DNA of 64,000 bases from Bacillota bacterium (lineage in GTDB: Bacteria > Bacillota > Clostridia > Christensenellales > Aristaeellaceae): positions 16,949 to 80,948 of the forward strand of contig JAEZJP010000206.1 of NCBI GenBank assembly GCA_023415715.1, given 5' to 3'. A program made the translations under genes and the position numbers. The notes beneath the pieces are model-generated. The model searched no databases, was not told the DNA's origin, and was given only the letters and a program-made list of their open reading frames with translations. Of this stretch, positions 1 through 9,300 are shown piece by piece (within the stretch, counting starts at the first letter, position 1; the number at the start of each line of letters is the position of its first letter).

Positions 1-584
1 CTTGCAGGCATGGTCGGCCGGAGCGCAACAGACAGAACATTGGGTTCCTCAGTCGACATGGTGGATGAAATATATTTTTGAGCGACAGAAGCATATTCGT
101 TTGCGATATTGGTTGCCTCGCCCGGATCTGCGGAGGTGACAGTGATATACAGGATGCGCGTATCAGTAGGATTGGTTACGGTAAGCATATCCTGCATTTC
201 ATCGTACGTATAGGGAAGCCCAAGGTCTTTGACGACCATCTCATGTACTTCCCAGGTTTTGAAAACCTCCTGATAGTCGTTGGTTAGATATGTACCAATT
301 TGAAGATCAGACAGGTTGATGGCGGAATCGCTGGGGCTCATCACATACAGCTTTGCCGTTGCTTCGTACATGGGGGTTTGAATAAAAAAGGCATATACCC
401 CTGCCGCAAGAGCGAATAGCAGCGAGACCAGGATAATGTATTTTGCTTTTTCAAGCAAACGGTAAATCAGCTCGGTTAAGTCAATTTCCGTTTCGGTATC
501 CGCTGTTTCAATAAACGGTTCGTTGGTGGTAAGCATGCGGGCTTTGCTTTCTTTCCTTAAGCGCCGCTCCTTATCAGTGGACAT
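1..584 (-). CDS. Wzz/CpsC-type polysaccharide chain-length determinant, N-terminal part (3' end beyond window start)
   Basis: Open to the window edge, so absent from the ORF track. Reverse translation from the ATG at 582-584 reads MSTDKERRLRKESKARMLTTNEPFIETADTETEIDLTELIYRLLEKAKYIILVSLLFALAAGVYAFFIQTPMYEATAKLYV. This gives a charged tail, a TM helix and the P-x-Y-x-A...L-x-V pattern typical of Wzz/YwqC proteins. GGAGGA lies 9 nt upstream. Confidence 0.75.
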   Translation of the reverse strand, partial: MSTDKERRLRKESKARMLTTNEPFIETADTETEIDLTELIYRLLEKAKYIILVSLLFALAAGVYAFFIQTPMYEATAKLYVMSPSDSAINLSDLQIGTYLTNDYQEVFKTWEVHEMVVKDLGLPYTYDEMQDMLTVTNPTDTRILYITVTSADPGEATNIANEYASVAQKYISSTMSTEEPNVLSVALRPTMPA

Positions 585-745
585 CTGTATCCATCCTCCA
601 GCGTGTTATCATGAAAAAAAGCTGGCTGCCTAAGCCGATATCATTCGGCTCAGGCAGCACAGCATACATAGCATATAAGCGTCATGGTCTGCTTACTCAC
701 CTATTTGGGGCTCAAACCTTTATCATCCCCAAATACAGATGCGGC

Positions 746-1327
746 TTACACACTCAGGATGGACAGTACAGCATTTCCGGTTTGCATCAATTTTACAACG
801 GCCTCTGGGAAAGTAATTTTTACAATCCCATCAACAACTTCGGCCTTCAAAGCTGTCCACGTCATTGTGCCATCAACTTCTACACCAACCATGGCAACAA
901 TCGCCTGACCGTCTTCGTATTTTGTTGCAAATTCAAAGGAGGCGGTAAGATCGCCATTTTCCTCTGAATAGCCATCAATTTTGATGGTCGTAAATTCATT
1001 CATGCTTATAGTATTCACATCGGTACCGGCCGGAAGCAACGCAGCTACCTGCTCCTGAACACCCTGATCAAAGTAGTTGATAACAGAACCAGTCTGCTGC
1101 TGAACATAGCTTGATATCTCGCCCAGCACCTTGGAAGCAAACGTTGTTGCAGCTTCGTCGTTGGGGGTGGAAACTTGCACTGCGGTTGAGGCCCCCGCTT
1201 GAACTGTAACCCCTACAGGTTTCACCATGTCTTGGGTTGTTTTTGAAGGAACGGCAGTTGCAAAAGCCATAGCGGAAACGCTGACCATTACCAGCGCGAG
1301 TAAGAAACCGATAATCTTTTTGTTCAT
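746..1327 (-). CDS. secreted hypothetical protein
   Basis: ORF 746..1381. Start moved to MNKKIIGFLLALVMVSVSAMAFA (signal peptide). No recognisable domain. Lies in the operon between the LCP and Wzz-like genes. Confidence 0.6.
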   Translation of the reverse strand: MNKKIIGFLLALVMVSVSAMAFATAVPSKTTQDMVKPVGVTVQAGASTAVQVSTPNDEAATTFASKVLGEISSYVQQQTGSVINYFDQGVQEQVAALLPAGTDVNTISMNEFTTIKIDGYSEENGDLTASFEFATKYEDGQAIVAMVGVEVDGTMTWTALKAEVVDGIVKITFPEAVVKLMQTGNAVLSILSV

Positions 1328-1424
1328 GTGGGGAGCCTCTCTTTCTTTTTGTTTGCTTTTGTTGTTCATGTTTATCCACAATCGACCTTTTACGGTCTGT
1401 TCAGTGGCTATGGGGAATTTATGC

Positions 1425-2462
1425 TTACTTTTGCGGCAGGTAGAAAACTTTCAATACCAATTGTTCAAGAAATGATTCATCGGCATGAAACTCCATAAAG
1501 CCATCCTCGCCGATAATATGATTCCCTAAAAGCGGTATAATTTCCTTCTTTTCGAAGTCCTTGCTTCCATAAAATTCATTAATCATTCTGCCGCGTTTCA
1601 TATCGGTTAGAATATAGTCATTCACCGAATTGAATAGGTTTTCTAAAAACCCTCCATCTTCGCTTAGCTTTTCATCCAGTTTTTTTCCTGCACCGGCCAA
1701 ATACTCCCGCTGCCTTTCCATTCGCGCTTCGTTTGTGCCAATGCCGATGCCCATACGATTGCGGATGTAATATTCCGCTTGTTTTCCTTTTAATGCGAGC
1801 GCAACCCCCTTTTGCATGGCCGGGTCAAGTACGGTAAAATCATCCTTCAGTGTTACAGGAACGCCACCCAGAGAATCGTTAAGAACGGGGATTGCATCCA
1901 GGTTCAATGCAATAAAGAAATCTATATCCACCCCGTACATAAGCTTTCGGACGGCGTCCACTGTAAAAAGGCAGCTTTGTTCTTTTCCATCTCCAAAACC
2001 ATGGGAAAGGCAAATCTGAGCATTGCGTGTTCCTGCTTCATTGCCCAACACACCTAGCACTGTAATCTCGGTCATCGTATCTCTGTCGATGTGAATAGGG
2101 GTAATAGTTTTTTCTTTTTTGTCAAACACAAGCAAAATCAAAAAGTCTGCCTGTCCGCCGTTGCGAAACCCGGAAGCCAGGCTGCTGCTTTGCGTAGTTT
2201 GATCAATGCCCATTACCAATATCGTTAACAGGTCTTGCCGGTATTGATACAAGGTGCCCTTGAAGTCTACAATCTTTGGCTCTTGAAACCTACCTGCAAG
2301 ATCACCACGAACAGGAATGTTTGCGCTTGAAGACAGTTCTATGCTGCGGCCTGCCCAGTAAATAAGGGCAATGATCAAGAGGAAGAGAACAGCGCCGATG
2401 ATGATCCTCAGAATCAGCCGTTTGGGTGTCATAGATGAGAACTGTCTCCAATTTAAACGCAT
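1425..2462 (-). CDS. LytR-CpsA-Psr (LCP) family glycopolymer transferase
   Basis: ORF 1425..2600. N-terminal TM anchor, then LCP core patterns (ILVMGIDQ, GGQADFLILLVFDKKEKTITPIHIDRDT). Start moved to M47 (2462) so it no longer overlaps the upstream gene. Confidence 0.85.
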   Translation of the reverse strand: MRLNWRQFSSMTPKRLILRIIIGAVLFLLIIALIYWAGRSIELSSSANIPVRGDLAGRFQEPKIVDFKGTLYQYRQDLLTILVMGIDQTTQSSSLASGFRNGGQADFLILLVFDKKEKTITPIHIDRDTMTEITVLGVLGNEAGTRNAQICLSHGFGDGKEQSCLFTVDAVRKLMYGVDIDFFIALNLDAIPVLNDSLGGVPVTLKDDFTVLDPAMQKGVALALKGKQAEYYIRNRMGIGIGTNEARMERQREYLAGAGKKLDEKLSEDGGFLENLFNSVNDYILTDMKRGRMINEFYGSKDFEKKEIIPLLGNHIIGEDGFMEFHADESFLEQLVLKVFYLPQK

Positions 2463-2478
2463 TTTATTATCCTTTTGT

Positions 2479-3021
2479 TTATGTCGGGCAATTGCTGCTT
2501 GATAATTCCTGTACATCAACCATTTCAAACGCAAGCCAAACATGACAGGCTTTGTCGTGAATACGTATTTCCACCATTCCATTGCGGCTGCGCCTGTCAA
2601 TACGGATGATATTTCCTTCCAGATCTTTCAGCGGACCGCTTAAGATGCGAACCTTATCCCCCAGGGAATAGGCTTTTGAAACGGAAATTGTGCCCTTATT
2701 TTGAAAGACCCATTTTATAAATTGGCAGTCATCGTTTGTAATGCGCCAATCACCGCTGGGGCTTCGCAACAGACGAATCACATCCTGAATGGTATACAAA
2801 AAAGAAAACGACAACTCGTCATTATCACATTGAAAGAACACATACCCAGGCAAAAGGATGCTTTCTTCTGTTGTCTTTATTCCGTTTTTACTTTTATGCT
2901 TATATTGCGAGACAGCCAAGGCCTGTATGCCTTCTCCTTTTTGAGTCAGCATGTGGGCAACAGCCTGCTCTGAACCGGTTTTACAAAAAACGCAGCCGTA
3001 ATACGGGTCATTCAGCATCAA
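2479..3021 (-). CDS. NusG paralog (LoaP/UpxY-like operon-specific antiterminator)
   Basis: NGN-like N-terminus and KOW motif GDKVRILSGPLKDLEGNIIRIDRRSRNGMVEI. It is the first gene of the polysaccharide operon and is not in a secE-nusG-rplK context. Confidence 0.75.
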   Translation of the reverse strand: MMLNDPYYGCVFCKTGSEQAVAHMLTQKGEGIQALAVSQYKHKSKNGIKTTEESILLPGYVFFQCDNDELSFSFLYTIQDVIRLLRSPSGDWRITNDDCQFIKWVFQNKGTISVSKAYSLGDKVRILSGPLKDLEGNIIRIDRRSRNGMVEIRIHDKACHVWLAFEMVDVQELSSSNCPT

Positions 3022-3245
3022 CCTGCTCCCTTCTGCCGCTTAGCGAATAGCCATGCCTTATAAGCTTTTTGGCATAGCTTCGCCATTCGAAGCAATCTTC
3101 GAACAAAACCTCATATGTCCACAATCTTGAACGTGACTGAAACTCAGCGCACGCCGCAAAAGCTTCCTTGGAATCCTTTTAATAAAATATCTCCCCAATT
3201 GGTAAATAAATCAAAAATTACCAATCAAGTAGAAAAATCATTATT

Positions 3246-3274
3246 ATATTACCATAATTCACTTTTTTCGTCAA
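3246..3274 (-). promoter_or_regulatory. sigma-A type promoter for the NusG-paralog operon
   Basis: Minus strand reads TTGACG (3269-3274), a 17-nt spacer, then TAATAT (3246-3251). This leaves a leader of about 215 nt before the ATG at 3021. Confidence 0.6.
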
Positions 3275-3409
3275 GTTATGACTAGATACGTGCATATATA
3301 CCTGTGTAAAATATTAGTTACAAAATTGTGAATAGTGAACCCAAAGTACACTTTTCTCCAATTCAATATGTCCAAACGCATTTTAAGCATTTTGTCTTTC
3401 AATCTCCCG

Positions 3410-3438
3410 TTGACAGACCATCCTGTATCGGCTATAAT
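3410..3438 (+). promoter_or_regulatory. consensus sigma-A promoter of tRNA-Arg(CCG)
   Basis: TTGACA (3410-3415), a 17-nt spacer, then TATAAT (3433-3438), 24 nt upstream of the tRNA 5' end. Confidence 0.75.
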
Positions 3439-3462
3439 CAATAAGCCTTACTCAAGGCATAT

Positions 3463-3539
3463 GTGCCCGTAGCTCAGTTGGATAGAGCGTTGGACTCCGA
3501 CTCCAAAGGTCACAGGTTCAAATCCTGCCGGGCATACCA
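3463..3539 (+). tRNA. tRNA-Arg (anticodon CCG)
   Basis: Cloverleaf read by eye: acceptor GTGCCCG/CGGGCAT (G1-U72), D arm GCTC-AGTTGGATA-GAGC, anticodon arm TTGGA-CTCCGAC-TCCAA (CCG), T arm ACAGG-TTCAAAT-CCTGC (one A:C mismatch), encoded CCA. Confidence 0.85.
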
Positions 3540-3580
3540 AAACCCTTATCCCCTGTAAATACTAGGGATAAGGGTTTTTC
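3540..3580 (+). terminator. rho-independent terminator after tRNA-Arg(CCG)
   Basis: AACCCTTATCCC ... GGGATAAGGGTT stem followed by TTTTC. Confidence 0.75.
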
Positions 3581-3791
3581 ACATACCTGATTTTTGTTAT
3601 ATTTTCATTTTACTTAGGCTCTAGGCCTGCTCATCGATAGGCCATTTTGTCAAATCAAGCACAATGAGCATGTTTATTTAGGCCAGAATGCCAGAAAAGA
3701 TCACAGGAGATGGGCCAGCCTCCTTCGTCCTCCCCTATCCGCAACTGGCGGAGTTGGAAAAACGGAGAATTTTGCAAAGCCATCTCTGCTT

Positions 3792-4061
3792 TTATTTGAC
3801 CGTAACCAGGCAGGCCGCCGTTTTGCCGTTGTTGCTTTTTGCGGTAATGGTGGCCGTACCTAAAGCCTTTGCAGTCACCTTGCCTGCAGTATCGCCCGTG
3901 GCAATGGATACGTTGCTGCTTATCCAGGTCAGCGTTTTGTTTTTTGCATCTGCCGGCATTACAGTGGCTGTCAGCTGATAGGCTGAGCCGATCAAAATGG
4001 ATATACTGGTTTTACTCAATGTGACGCTGCTCACCGCACATCGGTTACCGTGATCGTGCAT
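3792..4061 (-). pseudogene. frameshifted last Big_2 domain of the giant surface protein
   Basis: The 89-aa ORF encodes ...AVSSVTLSKTSISILIGSAYQLTATVMPADAKNKTLTWISSN...CLVTVK. This is paralogous to domain e of the upstream repeat unit. It is separated from the main ORF by a single missing G at 4036 (CCGG in the paralogous copy at 5314-5317). Confidence 0.75.
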
Positions 4062-6345
4062 CTAACCGATATACCGCTGGAGCTGATGGCTGTGATGGTA
4101 GTGCTCCCCGGTGCCACGCCCGTCACCACGCCATTATTGACCGTAGCCGCGGCCTTATTGCTGCTGATCCATTGCACCGCAGGGTTGGATACCGAGGTTG
4201 GCGTAAGCGTCGCTTTCAGCGTGAGGGTCTTTTTTACATAAACTGTCGCACTGGTCAAGCTCAGCTTGATGCCTGTTACACCTCTCCCTGCGGAGACAAC
4301 CGTAACTACAACCGAAGCTGCCTTTCTGCTGCCATCCGCCGCAGTTGCGGTGATGGTGGCAGTTCCTGTCTTGACGCCTGTGATCTTTCCGGTTGCATCC
4401 ACCTTGGCAACAGCACTGTTGGAGCTGCTCCAGGAAACCTGCTTGATGATAGCATTGGTGGGCAGAACTCCAGCCGTTACCGTTGATACGGCCTGGCCAA
4501 CACCTATGGTAATCTTCGGCAGGTTCAATGTGACGCTGGCAGCGGGCTGCCCGACCGTGACAGTGCATATAGCCTTTACGCCGCTGCCATCCTTGGCGGT
4601 TGCCGTAATCGTCGCTGTGCCAAGGCGGAGGCCGGTTACAACACCGGCAGAGCTTACCGTAGCTACGGCGGTATTGCTGCTGGCCCATGATACCTGCTTG
4701 TCGAAAGCATCTGCAGGCAGAACTGTAATGCCCAACGTGACCGTTTTCCCCGGAATAACAGGAGCGCTCGTTCTGCTCAAAGTAAGCTGGGTCACATACT
4801 TCTTTACTGTCACCGTGCTTTGCCCATAAACGCCGCTGCCATCTTTGGCCGTTGCCCGGATGATAGCCGTTCCATATCCTACACTGGTGACAACACCATT
4901 TTGGTCGACAGTTGCCACCTTGCTGTTGGTTGTAGTCCAGTTGAAGGTGCGTATCGTTGCGTTTGTGGGCGTAATGTTTGCCTTAAGAGTTATTTTCTTT
5001 CCCAATACCTCGCCTTTTCCAATGGAAATGGTGGTGCTGGCGGGTGAGAGGGTAAGCGCGGTGATCTTGACTGGATTGACCGTAACCAAGCAGGCTGCCG
5101 TTTTGCCGTTGTTGCTTTTTGCGGTAATGGTGGCCGTGCCTAAAGCCTTTGCAGTCACCTTGCCTGTTGTATCGACCGTGGCAATGGTTACGTTGCTGCT
5201 TGTCCAGGTCAGCGTTTTGTTTTTTGCGTCTGCCGGCAATACAGTGGCTGTCAGCTGATAGGCCGAGCCAATCAAAATGGATATACTTGTTTTACTCAAT
5301 GTGACACTGCTCACCGGCACATCGGTTACCGTGATCGTACATCTTGCCGATATACCGCTGGAGCTGATGGCTGTGATGGTAGCGCTCCCGGGGGCCACAC
5401 CCGTCACGACGCCATTAGAGACGGTAGCCACAGCAGTATTGCTGCTGACCCATTGCACCGTAGAGTTTGATACCGAGGTTGGCGTTATCGTCGCCTTGAG
5501 CGTGAGGGTCTTTTTTACATAAACTGTCGCACTGGTCAAGCTCAGCTTGATGCCTGTTACGCCGCTCCCTGCGGAGACAACCGTAACTACAACCGAAGCT
5601 TGCTTTCCGCTGCCATCTGCCGCAGTTGCGGTGATGGTGGCAGTTCCTGTCTTGACGCCTGTGATCTTTCCGGTTACATCCACCTTGGCAACAGTACTGT
5701 TGGAGCTGCTCCAGGAAACCTGCTTGATAATAGCATTGGCGGGCAGGACCCCTGCCGTTACCGTTGATACGGCCTGGCCAACACCTATGGTAATCTTCGG
5801 CAGGTTCAATGTGACGCTGGCAGCGGGCTGCCCGACAGTGACAGTGCATATAGCCTTTACGCCGCTGCCGTCCTTGGCGGTTGCCGTAATCGTCGCTGTG
5901 CCAAGGCGGAGGCCGGTTACAACACCGGCAGAGCTTACCGTAGCTACGGCGGTATTGCTGCTGGCCCATGATACCTGCTTGTCGGAAGCATCTGCAGGCA
6001 GAGCTGTAATGCCCAACGTGACCGTTTTCCCTGGAATAACAGGAACGCTTGTGCTGCTCAAAGTAAGCTGGGTCACATACTGCTTAACAGTCACCGTGCA
6101 TTGCCCATAAACACCGCTGCCGTCTTTGGCTGTTGCCCGGATAACAGCCGTACCCGCTTTCTTGCCTGTCACCAGACCCGCACTGCTGACCGTTGCAACA
6201 GCCGTGTTGCTGCTTGACCAGGTAACCTGCTTATTGGCGGCGTAGCCGGGGGTGAATGTTGTTGCCGGTGTAAACGTTTGATTAACGTAAACCGTCTTGC
6301 TGGATGGATTAAGAGAAATCGCGGAAATCTTTGTGGTATTACCAC
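3792..6345. repeat. tandem duplication, period 1281 bp (two units of five Big_2-type Ig domains)
   Basis: Antisense ORFs 4266..4829 and 5547..6110, and 4155..4688 and 5415..5969, are near-identical pairs, the first offset by 1281 bp. At protein level, four of the five domains per unit show 26 differences in about 335 aligned residues by eye. Confidence 0.9.
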
Positions 6346-9300
6346 TTCCGGAAATGACATTGCCTGTCAGCGTACCATTGTTCACCAATTCCCCATTAAC
6401 CGTAAGGCTTGCGCCTTGGGCAATGGTCACCCTGCGTCCGGCCGGTATGATGTATCTGTTCCCCTCAGGCAGGACAAGGTTCCTTTGGATGACTGTATCC
6501 TTCTCCAAAGTATAAATATGATTGCTCCCTTTAAAGAACAACCCGCCTTGTACGGTAAGGCCACTTGCATAATACTGTTCTGTAAGTACTACGCTGTGTT
6601 CAACAAAAATGGAGGAAGAGGCCCCGACCGCCTGCAAAGCGGTTGCGATAAGGATTCCGCGGCCTGAAATATACAGGGAACCGCCAGTCCACAAACCGGA
6701 TGCGATGTTATGTGTACCTTCCTCCAGCACCACCTGCAGGGAGGAGCCGGATAGGCACTGAATATAGCCCACATTGCAGCCGCGCAGCGTCAATTGAGCG
6801 GTTTCACAATCCCAGGCCCAGCCACTACCCGAGATGTCCTCAAATAGATCATCCTGCAAATAGGACAAGTCACCGATATCCAGCCTTGACGGGGTTTCTA
6901 TTTCTTTCAGAGAGCCGTTCTCATATAGAGCATGATTCCAACTTTCCTGCATATACACCGGAGTGCCATTTGCAGTTTTTGTACTGGCAACAAGGGCGTT
7001 CATGCCCCATGCGCGTATGCGGGCTTGCGTGCCGACAAAAGCAATGCGGTCATCCGCATAAATGCCTGCAAAACTTCCGTGTACAGCCAGGCTGCCGCTT
7101 CCGCCTATCTCGACCGATGCAGCTCTAATGGCAGTACCGTTTGCCTCCAGATTTAAAACATTATTTTGTGTATTATTCTCAAGTGATATTTGAAGCACAG
7201 CCGGTCCTGTGCTGACGATTGGGCCGCCTTCATAACCATTGAGCGTCAACAGGCTTGCTTCACAGTTCCAGGTCCATCCATCTCCGCTGATATCACTCTC
7301 AAAAAGCTCATAAGCGGTATGGCTTTCACCCCCAATGGTCAAATTGAAAGGTATTTTGAGGCTTGATATGCTTGACATTGCGCCATTTCTGTAAGACGCC
7401 TGCTCCATGCCGGATACATTTACAGGTTGCCCGTTTACCGTGATAGTGTCTTTGCTGAAAGCGGCAGTAGAGGCGGCCACTTTCATATGAGTATCCGAAC
7501 CGCTGATGACAATGGATGAAGAGGCATGTATACCATATGCGTTGGCTGATGTAACGCATATCAGCACTGTTCCGTGATTGATATACACATTTCCCGAATC
7601 TGTAGACAAGCCGCGATACCCTTCGCCATACGCCTTTACACTGCCGCCGTTGATTGTAATATCACCGGCAGTTGTATATATGCTTCGGTGAGTGCCATTG
7701 GAGACGACAACGCCATCCTGAATTGTAATATTGCCCGTATTGGCGTGTATGCCATAACCACGGCTCCAGCCTGTCGGATCATAGCCCTCAGCTGTTAATG
7801 TACCGCCGCTTATGACGATATCACCGCCATCGGTACGCACGCCGCATTCCCCGCTTGTGTTAACAGTGCCTCCATCCATGGTGAAATTTCCGTGGTAAGA
7901 TTTTATGCCATGGCTATCGCTGTATCCTCTTCTTGCATTGGCGGTTACGTTGCCGCCATGGATAGCTACGCTGCCGTTATGTGCATATATCGCGTTGGCG
8001 TTTGTCCGGGCGCTTGCTTCTACAGTTCCGCCCGAAATAATGATATCACCGGAACTGGAGCACAAGCCGCCATAGTAGCCGTCTGCTGTAATTTCGCCAT
8101 CCAATATCGTGATGCCGCCGGAAGTTGCGTACAAGCCGTAACCATAGCTGCCATCACCATCAACTGTAAGTTTACCCTTTCCTGAAACGATGATGGAAGG
8201 TGCTGAAACCCCGGGGCCATAATCATTGACTGCCGAATTTTCCGTGTCTTCGGTCAGCATCAGATTGAGAGTGGGGCCATTGTACGATATCTTGCCTCCG
8301 TTATATCCTTGGAGCGTTAATAGTTTGGTTTCCCAGTCCCATGACCAGTCCGTTTTTGAAATACCCATGATAAGTGAGGAAGGGCCGTAGGTAGTTCCGC
8401 CAATCGTCAAACCGGAAGGCCCTTCAGCCTGGCGAAGCACCCCGCCATCATACAAAGCATACTTCCAGCCTGTAGTATCCGCCTGCTGCCCACCCGCATT
8501 GATGATGGCCGGGTCGAATGCCCTGCTATCCCCGACCGAGTCCACAAATGCAGTTCCGCCAATTCCGATTCCAAGAGCGCTTATGCCATAAAACTTACCG
8601 CGTGCAATGACTGTGCCGCCGTTGATAGAAACGCTGCCGGAGGAATTAAGGCCGTAATAGCCGCCGCTTGCTGTAACAACACCGCCATTGATGGTGATAT
8701 CATCAGAAGTCACGATTCCATACGTGCCGTCCGCGGTGACCGTTCCGCCGCTCACTTCCAGGTCATCATAGGCGGTGATGGGATATCCGCTGCTGCTGGA
8801 TATGTTTGCTACAAGGCTGCCGCCGGTGATTGTGATGTCACCGGTGGCTAATATACCGTTACAGCTTTTTAGACCGCTGCTGCTAACCGTTACACTGCCA
8901 CCCTGGATATATAAATTGCTCGTTTTTAGGCCATAGCCATAATCGCTGGCGTTTGCGATTGCTGTTACTGTACCGCCTGATATGGTAACACTGCTTGCGG
9001 GCGCATAAATGCCGTATGCATTGTTGCTGTCACCTGCAGTGGCATTACCGACAGCCGTTACAACTCCGCTTTGTATCGTAACATCACTTGCATATATTCC
9101 GTATCCATAGCTGCCCCCGGTTCCTGTTCCCGTTGCGGTCAGGCTGCCATTGCCCGAGATTATGAGTTTTCCTGTTTCAATTGCGCGGCTGCTGGTGCTT
9201 GTTACCGTGTTTTCTGTTCCATCCGCCAGTATCAATTGGAGGGGAGCTATATTTGATGCAGAGATAGCGCTTCCATTATATCCTTGCAGTGTAAGCGTAG

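Noticed and set aside
611-1475. + strand ORFs 611..967, 684..908 and 1227..1475, and minus-strand ORF 1068..1379
   Set aside because: They overlap the better-supported secreted-protein gene in other frames or on the other strand. They have no RBS, and their composition is atypical.
4155-6110. Pairs of long ORFs inside the giant gene (4266..4829 and 5547..6110 on the opposite + strand; 4155..4688 and 5415..5969 on the same strand in another frame), plus many other 60-190-aa ORFs between 4050 and 12640
   Set aside because: They are off-frame or antisense readings of the repeat-rich giant CDS. The products are low-complexity (Val/Thr/Ala- or Arg/Cys/Gln-rich). They come in duplicated pairs only because the underlying DNA is duplicated. 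None has an RBS.
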